Below the pieces are notes generated by a model. That model was not told the DNA's origin. It made no database searches and saw only the letters and a program-made list of their open reading frames with translations. A stretch of DNA of 64,000 nt from Negaprion brevirostris. Taxonomy: Eukaryota. The translations under genes and the position numbers were made by a program. The DNA lies in the NCBI GenBank assembly GCA_030324005.1, contig JARDVH010000110.1, forward strand, positions 46,592,949 to 46,656,948, read 5' to 3'. This document shows, piece by piece, positions 50,700 through 63,850 of this stretch; the stretch's first letter is position 1; each line of letters begins with the position of its first letter.

Positions 50700-50824
50700 G
50701 GCCAGAATTTTACCGCCCCGTCTATCACAGGAATCAGAGCAGGCGAGGGACAGAACATGAAAAGGCCATTGAACTTGGCGGGATTTTACAGTTTTGGAAT
50801 GAATAAGGCTGTAAAGTCCCACCC
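50700..50824. mobile_element. Harbinger-type MITE
   Basis: TIRs GGCCAGAATTTTAC / GTAAAGTCCCACCC plus an internal TIR copy GGCGGGATTTTAC. Confidence 0.75.
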
Positions 50825-50987
50825 TACAGGTTGAATGTCTCGACTTGTTCCATACTTCTTTAAAAACTGTTGAAAATATCGGACCAATGACCTTTCTCTT
50901 TCCATGCTTTTTCATGTTGAATTGACTGCCACAGAAAGTAGTCGAGTCCAAAATGTTGTCAGATTTCAAGAAGAAACTAGATACAGT

Positions 50988-51210
50988 TTAAAGTTTTTAA
51001 GTTTATTTATTATGGTTAAAAGTATGCTTACATTAACACTGCAATGAAGATACTGTGAAAATCCCCTACTTGCCAAACTCCAACACCTGTTCAGGTACAC
51101 TGAGGGAGAATTTAGTTTGCCCAATGCAAACTCCACACAGACAACGACCCAAGCCAGGTCCCTGACACCGTGAGGCAGCAGTGCTAACCACTGTGCCACC
51201 GTACTGCCCC
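50988..51210 (-). mobile_element. V-SINE, tail B, internally deleted; followed by a CR1 tail (+) at about 51213-51355
   Basis: Matches the other SINE copies. Confidence 0.8.
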
Positions 51211-53019
51211 ACATTGCTCTTGGGGCTAAAGGGATGAAGGATATGAGGAGAAGATGGGATCAGAATATTGAAAATGATGATCAGCCATGATCAAAATGAA
51301 TGGCGGAACAGGCTCAGAGGGCCGAATGGCCTACTCCTGCTTCTATTTTCTGTTTCGAAGAACAATATATTAATAGCAAAAAAAAAGTTTGACATCATAC
51401 CAATGGAATTTCTTCTTTAAAACGAGCTTACACTCTTGGGTTCTATTTACAAAAAACACCACTGTACCAATGATCTAGTTGATTAGAAATGACAAGATGC
51501 AGCATAATTTGTAAGTAAATGTTTAATCAATATACCATTTAAAACACAAATATAGAGTCAAAAACTTTTTTATGCTTATTGTATTTAGCTTTGTTCAGCA
51601 TTCTTACTCCAAAGTAATCTTATGTCATTTTAACACTTGTGTGGTCTGCTAGTCCTGCTGACTAGGAAAGATTTATTCCACACAATGGGATTATTATGTC
51701 TACACTTTTGTTTAATGTGATTGTATGAATCTTAAAAAAGAACAAAGTTATTAAATTTCATCCTAAAAGCAGTCCTGTACATTTCTAATTACTGCAGACA
51801 CATTTACATTTCTGAGGAATTACATGTTCAGATTTTTTTAAATTTGCTGTAATAATCATTGGATTTCAAAAAGACAGTCACACTACCCTTTCGATTTGTC
51901 AGCTGACTGTTCACAGTAGATCTCGTTTCCCAGTGTTTTCCTATTCTTACCNNNNNNNNNNNNNNNNNNNNNNNNNNNNNNNNNNNNNNNNNNNNNNNNN
52001 NNNNNNNNNNNNNNNNNNNNNNNNCATCACTTCTGAACTTCCCTCCCCGCACCTTAAATCTGTGTCCTCTCGTAGCAACCATTTCAACCCGGGGAAATAG
52101 CGTGGCATTGTGCTAACTTTACCCATGACAGCCATATCCCTTGAATACAAAAACACATAACTTACACTTGCAGTGAAAATTACACAGCTGTAGAGTGCTA
52201 TATGTTAGGATGAACTGTACTGAGTAATAGATCTGGGAGAATGTGAAACAACAGATTAGTTTGGTGCAGTACAGATCTTGTGAAGTGCCTCTTCAGCTTG
52301 TTCTTGGGCTAGGTTGGTTATGTCAGGGAATAGACTTCATATCCCTCAATGTTTCTGCAGTTTCAAGCTGCAGCTGGCAGAAATTTTACATGTAACACAC
52401 AACACATTTGTTATAAGGCGTGTTTGAGGGTTCCACAATGGGCCAATATATCTTCATTCTGTCAGGAATGACACCTGTGTGAGCTTGAAAATGGAAGACA
52501 GTTTGTTTAAATGTAAGTGCTGATGATATCACTGAGATAATAACTTACTGAATCCAAGTGTATGAGGGAATTAAATAAACAAGTAGTCAGGCATTCATTG
52601 ACTCTGTGATGATTTAACAAGTGCTGATGATTCAACTCAGTATGTGTTAATGGAGCCCTATTAATTTGAGCTTGGAACCCTTGAGCTCAATATTCATTCA
52701 CTCCAAAATGTCATCAAACCAACTTTTAAATAAATAGATCCAAAGACATTTGCTTCTGCATTAAAAAATAAATTATTAATGTTCATTTTATTTTAAAAAA
52801 TATTCCATTCTGGTGATACTCTTCAATCTTGTCTAATGCTACAAAGTGCATTTAATACTTCCAAAAATTAGAATTTGTTCATTTTATTAATATAATATCA
52901 GAAAAATGATAAACCCCATGATTTATTTGTAATATCATATATATTCATGCCATTAAGTTTACATATGAAAAGTATAAGTCGGCTTACAAAATACATTTCA
53001 AATGCATGATACTACCAGA

Positions 53020-53545
53020 ATGTACACAGCAGCAGAAGAAAGCTACTTGGCCCCTCGAGCCTACTCCACCATTCAATAAGGTCATGGTTGATCTGATGTA
53101 ACCTCAACTCACATTCCTGCCTACTCACAAAAATATTTGACACCAAAAGTCTGTCTAGCTCTGCTTAAAGACTCTGCTTCCACTGCCTTTTCAGGAAGAG
53201 AGTTCCAGAGACTCACAACCCTCTGAGGGGAAAAAAAAATCACCTTACCTCTGTCTTAAATGAGCGACCCCTTATTTTTAGAAGTGACCCAGTTCTAGAT
53301 TCTTCAACAAGAGGAAACACCTTCTCCACATCCACCCTATGAATACCCCTCAAAATCTTAAAGGTTTTGATCAAATTGTCTCTAACTTTTCTAAACTCTG
53401 GTGGATCTCCAACCTTTCCTTATAAGACAACACAACCATTCCTGGTATAAGTCTAGTAAACTTTCTCTCAACTGCTTCTAATGCTTTTACATCTTTCCTT
53501 AAAGAAAAAGTCAATACACCAGAAGTGGTCTCAACAATGCCCTTT
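53020..53545 (-). mobile_element. CR1 3' end
   Basis: GGCCCCTCGAGCCTACTCCACCATTCAATAAG..GAGTTCCAGAGACTCACAACCCTCTGAG. Confidence 0.85.
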
Positions 53546-53552
53546 TTTGATT

Positions 53553-53965
53553 AAATTTGATTTATTATTGTCACATGTATTCACATACAGTGAAAAGTAT
53601 TGTTTGTTGCACGCTTTGCAGACAAAGCATATTTTCCCGATGGAAGAAGGTGGAAGAGAATAAATTATTAATGTTCATTTTATTTTTAATGATATTCCGC
53701 TGTGGTGATTCTCTTTAATCTTGTCTAATGCTACAAAGTGCATTTAATATGTCCAAAAATTAGTATTTGTTCANNNNNNNNNNNNNNNNNNNNNAATTAT
53801 CCTGGCTGCTTTGCTGAGACAGTGGGAAGTGTAGACAGAATCAATGGATGGGAGTCTGGTGTGCATGATGAATTGGGCTACATTCACAACCTTTTGTAGT
53901 TCCTTGCAGTCTTGGGCAAAGCAGGAGCCACACTAAGCTGTAATACAACCAGAAACAACATAAGC
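53553..53965 (-). mobile_element. Rex1/Babar-type LINE 3' end (interrupted by a duplicated segment and a gap)
   Basis: Minus translation SGCITA*CGSCFAQDCKELQKVVNVAQFIMHTRLPSIDSVYTSHCLSKAARII; tail TACATGTGACAATAATAAATCAAA. Confidence 0.8.
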
Positions 53966-54939
53966 AAAGCTTCCCTGTTTTAATCAATTCCCCACATGTT
54001 AGGTGATAACATTCTACAAGATTTCTAATTACCTGATGTACCCCACCTCCACAACCCCACATACTAACCTTGTTTAATAGACAACACATGAGAGATGGTA
54101 ACAACTAATAGGATGAAATAAGAAAAGCCGAAATTCCTCATCAATTCACAGATTGCACAAAATTTATGTCTTATGATTAGAACTTAACAATTTCTATGCT
54201 TTTCCATATCCACATCAATCACGTCAATAACAATATGCTCACCAACTGCTGATGCATTTGCGGAAGCTACCTTCATCTCACCAGAAATATTTGGAATTTT
54301 ACCTTGTCGTCTTTCAGGAAAAGAGAACTTTACAGAGGATAAAAGCAAATTACTGTGGATGCTGGAATCTGAAACCAAAAGAGATTTCCAGCGTTTTCTC
54401 TCTTTGGGAACTTTACAGAAATTTTTCTCAGGTGGTTTGGTTAGGCAGAATTGACATGGAAAAGCTTACACTTTCAATGGCCTAAATAGTTGTAATTTCA
54501 TCAGCTAGCATGATCTTAATTTTTATATCCCCTTTGCTATTTCTTGTCTTGACAATTTCTTCCATTCCACCCTCCCTTTAAAGGGGGGTGGAAATAAACA
54601 ATAGAGCTGGAAGGATGTCTTTTCCACCAACTCAAAGCTTTTGGGTAAAGCTGTTTCTTTTTGTTTTGCTGTAATACACAGAGCCTTTCCTATCTCTGCC
54701 ATTACCATGCGTAATATATTCAATGATGGGGAAAGGTTTTACGCTCCCCGACCACTGGGCTTGAAGTTGGGGGTATGTTAAAAACCAGTGGGTGGCCTTC
54801 ATGCCACTTTTCCTTGGGCATATTAAGGCAATTTAAGCAGCAGGGACCACAGTAAATTAAATTTAAATTCAGTATCTCAATGAAACAGTTCTTGTCAAAA
54901 GTTGGGAAACTAAGAGATTGTATGGAACATTACATAAGT

Positions 54940-55985
54940 ACACCTCACTACAGGAAGAATGTGGAAGCTATTGAGAGGGTGCAGAGGAGATTTACAAGGA
55001 TGCTGCCTGGATTGGGAGGCATGCCTTATGAAGATAGGTTGAGGGAGCTAGGTCTCTTCTCCCTGGAGAGACGAAGGTTNNNNNNNNNNNNNNNNNNNNN
55101 NNNNNNNNNNNNNNNNNNNNNNNNNNNNNNNNNNNNNNNNNNNNNNNNNNNNNNNNNNNNNNNNNNNNNNNNNNNNNNNGTGGGAGTGTCCCAGGCTCCT
55201 GGTTACTGAGTCGAGACAAACATCTCCTTCTGTCAGTTTACACTGTGTGAAATCTGCCTGAAGCTGCAGCAACTTTAAATATTAAAACAACTAATCTCCC
55301 TTCATTTTATGCTGGAGAAAGTATCGACTGCCGCACATTTGTTTCAAATACAACCTCCTGATCAAATTGATCCCGCACAATTTATTGAAGAACAACGGGA
55401 CACTCCACCAATAATATTTCTGTTTTCGCTCCCTGACAGACTCGAACGGTAAAGTCGACGAAAAAACAACAGGGAAAATAATAGAGGAAGAGCTGGTATT
55501 CATCAGATTCAGGGTGTGAGAGAGAGATAAGTTTCCAAATCTTGTCGAGCATTTTGAGAAGTTGTTAAAACGACACCCCTCGAGAGGCAGGGGATATCCA
55601 GCCACTCCCCTCTCACACAAAATCAGAAAATGTTATAAAATGTTGAGAGGAATGCATAGGGCGGATTCTCGGAGGCTGTTTCCCAGGGCTGAAATGGTCG
55701 CTCCGAGAGGACACAGGTTGAAGGTGCTGGGAAGCAAGTACAGAGGAGATGTTAGGGGTACGTTTTTCACTCAGAGGGTGGTGAGTGAGTGGAATCGGCT
55801 GCCATTGGTGGTGGTAGAGGCGAACTCACTGGGGTTTTTTAAAAGACTTCTGGATGAGTATATGGGATCTAATGGGATTGGGAGTTACAGATAGTTCTGC
55901 GGCTTGGTAGGTATAGATGTGATCGGTGCAACTTGTGGGCTGAAGGGCCTGTTTGTGCTGTAGTGTTCTATTTTCTATCTTCTAT
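54940..55985 (+). mobile_element. Young CR1 3' end split by an insertion
   Basis: PHYRKNVEAIERVQRRFTRMLPG..FSLERRR, insert, then YKMLRGM..FFTQRVV..WNRLP and the tail. Confidence 0.9.
55180..55619. mobile_element. CpG-rich insertion inside CR1, possible solo LTR (left end in gap)
   Basis: Interrupts the CR1 reading frame; ends CCACTCCCCTCTCACACA. Confidence 0.5.
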
Positions 55986-56799
55986 TACCTTCCCTTCTCC
56001 GATTAGGTTCAAATCCAACTCACTTTATGAAGTTAGGTCTTTCCGTTCCTCTATATGAATTTGATTTAAACAGTTATAACCTGGTTCTCATGGGATAGAT
56101 AAGGGCCAGGCATGACACTTTGGTGATCTTCTACAAATGGGCAAATTGTAGCAAACTTGACTATTCTAGATTATAGAGGACCTGGGAATACCTAATGCTG
56201 TGTCTGAAATGAGGAATACTCCACTTCTCATTCCTGATAGTCTTTGCTTTTGTTAGCTTAAAAATTCACTAAAAGGAAATAAAATTAGAAAATAAGGGAT
56301 AACTGGCTAGTTTGGCAGTAAACTGTAAGGTGGAAAATTGAGATTTTGAATTTATGGAAGACATTGTCATTCTATCCATGCTATTGGAGGTAATGATGTA
56401 TGCTTTGTATTAGTCACATGGGTACTGGCACCAAGTACCTCACCCAAATGGCCATTCTTTTTCTATAAATCTGAGTTCTAGACTATAAGCAAACAAGTCT
56501 ATGATGAAGGTAATCAGAGTTGGATCTGATGCTGTTCTTACCTGGTAATTACATATATGCATTATCTAGATAATGATTAGGAACCATTACTTATTTTGTT
56601 GTGCCTAATTCAGGGATGCCAAGAGAAATTACTGACTAAGGATTACTAAATCAAAGATTATTTTAAAAAACAGGCTGGCATTTACATAATGCCTAAGTAT
56701 CTCTTTCAGAACCATCCCAAAGCCTCCAAAAATAACTTTAAAGAACAGTGACATCTGTTATGCTGGCAATGCAGCCATCATTTTGCATGTAGCAAAGAT

Positions 56800-57340
56800 A
56801 TCTGGAATATTATGTACAGTTTTAGCCTGGTTACCTAAGGAAGGACATACTTGTCCTAGAGGGAGTGAAATGAAAGTTTTACCAGATTGGAATGGCAGAA
56901 TTGTTCTCTCCAGAGAGATTGAGNNNNNNNNNNNNNNNNNNNNNNNNNNNNNNNNNNNNNNNNNNNNNNNNNNNNNNNNNNNNNNNNNNNNNNNNNNNNN
57001 NNNNNNNNNNNNNNNNNNNNNNNNNNNNNNNNNNNNNNNNNNNNNNNNNNNNNNNNNNNNNNNNNNNNNNNNNNNNNNNNNNNNNNNNNNNNNNNNNNNN
57101 NNNNNNNNNNNNNNNNNNNNNNNNNNNNNNNNNNNNNNNNNNNNNNNNNNNNNNNNNNNNNNTTTTCTATCCCAGTGGTTTGTGGAAGCTCAGTTCAAGA
57201 TAGAGATTGAAAGATTTCTAGATATAAAAATATCAAGGGAGATAGGGATAGTACAGGAAAGTGGTGTTGTGGTAGAGGATGATCTAAATGGTGTTGCAGG
57301 CTCAAGGAGCAAAAGTCCCACTCCTGCTCCTATTTCCTAT
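56800..57340 (+). mobile_element. CR1 3' end spanning a gap
   Basis: FKIEIERFLDIK..; tail GCAGGCTCAAGGAGCAAAAGTCCCACTCCTGCTCCTATTTCCTATG. Confidence 0.8.
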
Positions 57341-57516
57341 GTTCAAAGCAACAATGAGGTAAATGGGAAGTTAATTTGCTCTTGTTAGAGAAGTAGTAGC
57401 TCCAACACGAGACTAACTCCTTGTTCTTCTTTCAATAGTGATCAGCTTTTTAGCATTATCTAGATAGAAAGAAAGAACTTTGTATTACCTGGCATTTAGA
57501 ATGAAATGAAAACAGA

Positions 57517-57661
57517 TAAATTTTAAGTTCATTTATAAATGCCACAAGTCAGCTTACATTAACACTGCAAAGTAGTTACTGTGAAAATTCCCTAGTCGCC
57601 ACACTCCGGCAAATCTGGAGCCCTGACAGTGTGGCTGCAGTGCTAACCACTGTGCCACCGT
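57517..57661 (-). mobile_element. V-SINE, tail B, internally deleted
   Basis: GCTTACATTAACACTGC..CCCTAGTCGCCACACTCCGGC..GCTAACCACTGTGCCACCG. Confidence 0.8.
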
Positions 57662-58245
57662 GAACTTGAGATCTTATTGATCTGTATGGTACAAAATGGC
57701 ACACATGATCCTCTCATTGAGTTACCAGGGAAAATGACTATTGCGAGTTTTCAAAGGATGATCTGTCACTTCAAGAGTTCAAAAAGTAGTGNNNNNNNNN
57801 NNNNNNNNNNNNNNNNNNNNNNNNNNNNNNNNNNNNNNNNNNNNNNNNNNNNNNNNNNNNNNNNNNNNNNNNNNNNNNNNNNNNNNNNNNNGGCAAGGGG
57901 GTTTTCGGCAAGGGTGGCAGTGGGGGTGGAATCTCTGCAGACAGGGGTGATTGGCAGGGGTGAGGCTGATGTCCATGGGGCAGGTAGGGGAAGGCAGTAG
58001 GAGATCTCTGGGAGACCAGGGTACCTGGACAATGGCGCTTCTCTGGCGAGCTTAGGCTCTGCCCCCTGCTGACAGCAATCACATCCTGCAACTTCTTTTG
58101 CACCAAATGCCATAAGATTGTGACTCGCAACTCACCCAAAAAACCAGAGTGACTTCTTTGCATTTTCTCACTTGTTCTGCACTTAGAATTGTTTTGTAAT
58201 ATCGCGGCCTCGGTCAAGCTGAGGAAAATTCCACCTAAGAGCTGA

Positions 58246-58410
58246 AGGATGTGCAGATTAGGTTTATTGGCCATGCTAAATTGCCCCTTCATATCGAGGG
58301 ACTATCAGGGTAAATATGTGGAATTAGGGGATATGGCCTGGGTGGGGTTGTTGTTGGTGCAGGCTTGATGAACCAAATGGCCTCCTTCTGGACTGTAAGG
58401 TTTCTATGAG
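58246..58410 (+). mobile_element. HE1-type SINE 3' half, tail A
   Basis: ATTGGCCATGCTAAATTGCCCC..CCAAATGGCCTCCTTCTGGACTGTAAGGTTTCTATGA. Confidence 0.8.
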
Positions 58411-60261
58411 TCAAACATGGTGGGGGAGAAGAGAAAGTAGTGTTAAGGCTACAGTTTAATTTTTACACTCACAATCGATTTTTAATTGTGACTGTTAATG
58501 TAATGGTTTGTGCTAGTAACTACTGTAATACAGTAATCAAACTAACAAAGCAACAATTTGTGTTTAATCTGGATTGAGCTTTGATTTGAAGACTCAACTA
58601 AAAAAGCAGAGACACATTGATCTATGTCCTTGCCATTTGAAAACTGAATGTATGAAGACATAAATCTGTGTACAAAAGATATTCATGGGCATGATTATTT
58701 ATAACAAGAGTTTAAAAGAACATTAACTATGTCAGAATAAATCATGCCATCACTTAAAGTAACATGACAAAAATGTATGGGTATGTGCTCCTAAATCTAT
58801 AAAAGGCTTGCCTTGGAGTTTGACCAATTCCAGTTAATGATAGGTTCACACAGAGGATCTTAGCCTAACTTGCTCTTTCAGATCCTGATATACCTTCTGC
58901 CCTACTAACAGCATTTTACACTTTTACTCAAGGCACACTAAATACATTTCCAGGAGGATAATGCTACTGCAACTTGTACATCCTAGCCAGATCATTCAAA
59001 AGCAGAAAGAGGCTCCATTGTAGAACATTTTTTCTAATCCAGAAACAAATCCAGACTGTGTGTAACATTATCAAACCATTAAAAGCAAAACAAACCAGAC
59101 ATTACAAATTTACTAAACTGCTCCTTTAAAAAAACTCTGGTCTTTATGGATACCAATATTGTACCAGTAAGAGATGAGTGAGGTGATGCAGTATAGATAC
59201 TTCTCAAGTCATTTGTTTCCTTATAAAAAGTTTTGGATTATTCACTCAATCAAGAATGTACATACTGTTATGGCACCTCCTGGAGTCAAACAGCAACTTC
59301 ATGTGTTCTTAGGTGCCCTATAAGAAACAATGCAATGGAAACAAATGTATTTTTTCTTAATTTAGAGGGCCACGTAATCAGTAAAATTGCTAATATCTAC
59401 AAGGATGTTAATAGTGCACATTAGATACTCATTTCCTCAAGTTGTTAATGCTCTATGTTGAGAAAGAATGTATCATGTCCAATTAAGAAATCACTTTTTA
59501 TTTATATTGACTGCTATTTAAAAATTAACAAGCTGGATTAGTGCCAGGCTACAATTAGGCTTGTTTCTCCAGGTCCCATTTCTCTTTGTTATTGTACCAA
59601 TTTAGTGTTAAATTTACATCAGTATTCACACTAAATCAATGGTGTAATCACCCAGTGAACCATTTTCTTTTCAAGCAAATACCCCCAACAACATCTTCAG
59701 TTAGAATCTCAAAAGCAGAGTTCTTCTGAGCAATGATATCTTTGTTAACAGTGGAACAGTTAACACCAGCACTTTGCACAGAAATCTGATCACAGTGAAA
59801 GTGAATTTGACTAAACATTGATGTCTTTTGCTTCCAGTGGAATCACTGTAGCCAAGAGCGTGCCACCACCCTTGGGGGGTTTAATTCAGTAGCCCTGAAA
59901 ATGAGTACAGGAGTTGTGACACAATTACTCCCAACATTTACTGTATTGCAAGCAATATTCAACATTGTGCTGTCTGCTGTTTCAAATGATTTCATTGTCA
60001 AGCCAGTGTTGGCTATCTTGTTGATTGGCAGGAAAACTGAGCAGGAAGCCAAAATCATTGATTGGCATCAGTTAAAAGTAAAATAAAAACTGAAAATATT
60101 GCAGGTCTGTCAGCACCTTTAGAAGAGAAACACAGCTAATATTTCAATTTGAATATGACTCTTCTTTGGAACCGGTCAAAACTTGTCTGCAACTCTGAGG
60201 CAAGGTATATTGTGCCTAGAGCAGATGTTGGATGTGAATTTGATCTGAGAAACATTGGTTA

Positions 60262-61275
60262 GGCACAACATGGGAGAGAGCATGATACTAGGTTTTTGAA
60301 TCCTGCATGCGAGACTTTACTGGAGGAGGTGCAAAGGAACAGAGATGCACTGAAACTACAAGGGGTCAGGAGGCTCTCCAAACACATCACAGAAGGCAAC
60401 AGGAGCAGTTAGCTATGGAGATTACAACCATGGGTCAAGCAATAAGGACCTGACGACAGTGCCGCAAGAAGTTCAATGACCTTACATGAATGACCAAAAT
60501 CAGTGAATGCATCACTAAATACCATATCCTGCTACCTGTAGTATAAGTGTCTGGTATATACAGGGCTAACATGGGACTGAGTTCAGTGGTATAAGAAGGC
60601 GCATGGCCCAGACCTAGGGTCAGTGTAGTGTTGAGCAGAGAATCTTAAACACAGAGCTAGCTCCTTACCTCTACCCTTTACTGTATGTATGTATTTAGTT
60701 ACANNNNNNNNNNNNNNNNNNNNNNNNNNNNNNNNNNNNNNNNNNNNNNNNNNNNNNNNNNNNNNNNNNNNNNNNNNNNNNNNNNNNNNNNNNNNNNNNN
60801 NNNTTAGTTACAAGTAGTTAATAAACCATTGCTGTTAACATACAGAAGACTATGAAAACTTCCTTAACAGACATGTTTTATAACCAATGTCATTGCAACA
60901 AATGACCTCAGATACTGCTCAATTCACCACACCCACATCATTCATCTACTGACCATCCCCATCAATCACAATTCATATCTGACATTCATTTGCTCCTCTG
61001 CACCCTCAGACACTGCTGAAAGCCTCATACCCAGAACTCTCAACTTGCAAACATGATCAGCTATTTAGCCATAACAGCCATATCATCGAAATAGATTGAT
61101 GACACTTACTGAAACATTCCCTTTCTTGCAAGACAGAGTAATACTTCATCAAAGGCTGCAGAAGCGAACCAGTGAGGGACAGTCAAGCCTAAATATCCTC
61201 TTCCCATGGAGGAAATGGTGCTGGCCATTTGTGGAATGCCAACTGCCGTGACCAGGGGCAGGGCTGAAATCCAAG
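60262..61275 (+). pseudogene. Harbinger Myb/SANT-like gene remnant (first two exons)
   Basis: RFLNPACETLLEEVQRNRDAL; QCRKKFNDL at 60457-60483; second exon from about 61131 (DRVILHQ..MEEMVLAI). Confidence 0.75.
60537..60886 (+). mobile_element. Probable solo LTR in the Harbinger Myb intron
   Basis: Starts TGTAGTATA; TATAAGAA at 60590; AATAAA at 60820; TSD not resolved. Confidence 0.55.
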
Positions 61276-61986
61276 AAAATTGTTGTATTCTCNNNNNNNN
61301 NNTTTCCCTTCCCTCACGCACATCCCACACTCTTCTGATTTACAGATTTACATTGTGTGAGCATGCACTTCTTACTCACCCCAAACTTACCACCAATCCT
61401 CGGCCCCTTCCCAGACAAGTAGAACTTTCTCTTTGTATCTTTCTCTTTTCAGTTGCCCAAGATATTCATATTGACCAAGGAGAAAGATAGATTATAATGA
61501 TGATGAAGACACAGTATCCCATCACCCAATTTCACACTTCAATTCAGATTTTAACACTGCATGTCATTTAGAGAATAGTGAAGAAGCAGGATGTGCTTGT
61601 CATAAGACACCTACAGTCAGAATGTGAGGCAAGGTTAGCATTGGGACAAGGTGAAACTCATTTTTTTCTGGCAGAGGACTCAATGACAGCTTGGATGTAA
61701 GCAGTATACAAAGGATTCTGATGGGTTTTCCCAATGGAGCATTTGAAAGCCTGTCAGAAAGCTAGTAGTCATTAACAAGGAGTATGAAACAGTCCAGCCT
61801 CAACTTGGCCCAGAAATGTGCACAGAACTTGGATCCCATCTTTCCAGCATAGAGATGGTAGCCAGTTCCTCCGACACATTTGTAGACCCAACCATGGTGT
61901 AGTGTCTGATGGCCAATGTTTCAACTTCTGTGCAGAACAAGCAATTTCCCCTTGAAGTCTCAATGCTGCAGTGGAAGCTCCAGCTA

Positions 61987-62430
61987 AGATTTGTCCTATG
62001 AAAAAAGATTGAGTAGTGTAGGCCTATACTCTATAGAGTTCAGAAGAATAAGGGAATTCTAATTGATCTAATCTATCAGAAGCTAAAAGGATTGATAGGG
62101 TAGGTATAGAGTGAATATTTCCTCTCGTGGGACAATATAGAATGAGAGATCATAGTTTTACTATAAGAGGCAGCAGATCTAAAACAAATGAGAAGAAATT
62201 ACCTCTCTCAAAGGGCCATGAACTTGTTGAATTCACTACCCCATAGTGTGGTGGATGCCGGGACATTGAATAAATTTAAGGAGGAGATAGACAGATTTTT
62301 AATTAATAATGGGTCGAAAGGTTACAGAGAATGAGCAGGAAAGTGGAATTGAAGCCATGATGAGACGAGCCATGATCACATTGAATGACGAAGCAGGCTC
62401 AAGGGGTGAATTGTCTACTCCAGCTCCAGT
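61987..62430 (+). mobile_element. CR1 3' end nested in Harbinger C
   Basis: LSYEKRLSSVGLYSIEFRRIRG..; FKEEIDRFL; tail GCAGGCTCAAGGGGTGAATTGTCTACTCC. Confidence 0.85.
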
Positions 62431-63039
62431 TCAGACTGCTGTTATCATGACTGTGGATTTCAAGGTGATGCAAAGGGACTTACAGTCACAGCAGTCCAAC
62501 AATCTGTCCTCCAACAGAGTCCTGCGAGTACTGAGGTGCCATTCCAGCAGAGCAGTAATGGCTTCATGGAGTGCATCATTACTGTGCTCTCTCAGTAAAA
62601 TAGCATTCTTCTTCTAATCTCTGCCAGTGCCCTTGTCTATCAGACAGTCAGCCCATGTCAGCTGGTGCAATCCGCAGTTGGCCTCACTAGGTCCAAAGTT
62701 GCTCAAAGTTATCATCCAAAGCCATCAGTAGTCTTCACCACGGAAAAGCATCAGCCTTTCCTTAGCTATGCTGCAGTAACTGTGTTAGCACTGCGTAAGA
62801 GCACATAGAGAAACTGCAGTAATGGAATGCACATGGGAAAATAACTATTTCCTGCGTAATATGGAATGACATTACTAAAAATAAGTGAAGCTAATTTTGG
62901 GATGGCCTTTTTATTGCATTCTACCTCTGTGTGTGCTGTGATGGTCAGTGACAGAAGGATGATAATATTTGGGACTGCTGGTGAATAGGAAATTGGCATC
63001 ATGGATATTGATATTGCATTTATAAATGTTCTTCACAAG

Positions 63040-63850
63040 CAGCCTGGCCAGAAAGAGGTTGTGTAAATTGCCTCTTCTCTTTCTCTTCCTCTTCCTGCTC
63101 ATATTCCTTTCCTGAATAATTTGCAACAAGATCTGTCACCACATGTTGACAAGATTGGACAAAATGCAGCAGACTACCCCTAAACTTGACACCCACTCTA
63201 ACAAGTGCTGCGGGGCACTTCCAAGGTGGGTTCAGGTAGCAGAAACATAATTTTGGCATGCCAATGTTCTGGTCTATAAGGGTTAATGGGCCAGCACCTA
63301 CTACATTGTAAACGTGCTGTGTAGCCAAGTCATCAGCCACATCATCAGCGGATATTGTCATTGTGAGGCCACCCTTTGGTTTGATGTGAAAACTCTAATG
63401 AAGTGGGTAGAGTAGATTGCTGAAGAATGGAGTCATCACAGCTGCTACCAGGCATTGACATGTATAATTCTCCACCTATGGTCACACACCAATTGGGTGT
63501 AGAGGGAAAGGAACCCCTTCCAGTATAGATCATGCAGTTTCTGCAAAAAAATATGCATGCAGTCACTGCACCCCACACCATGGGTAAGCCTGCAATCCTA
63601 GCAAAGTTGTGTGCTCATTGCAATGGCTTCTTTATGGAAAGAGGAAATTAAATGTAATGTAATACAAAAAATAAAATGTAGTTGGGTGTGAATGTATCAA
63701 GTGTGTCAATGACTTTTCTTACACAGCATTGGAAGGCAAAATATTCATCTGTAGTTCCAGCTGGAAGGAGCCAAAAATGTAAATGTTCATTGTCACCTTC
63801 ACCTCCACAGCAATTTACAATGCTATCTTTGCCCTGCACTGTGGTTGCAA
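63040..63850 (-). pseudogene. Harbinger DDE transposase remnant
   Basis: RIAGLPMVWGAV, RKGF.SL..QLVCDH, PGSSCDDSILQQS and IDQNIGM.K motifs across frameshifts. Confidence 0.8.
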
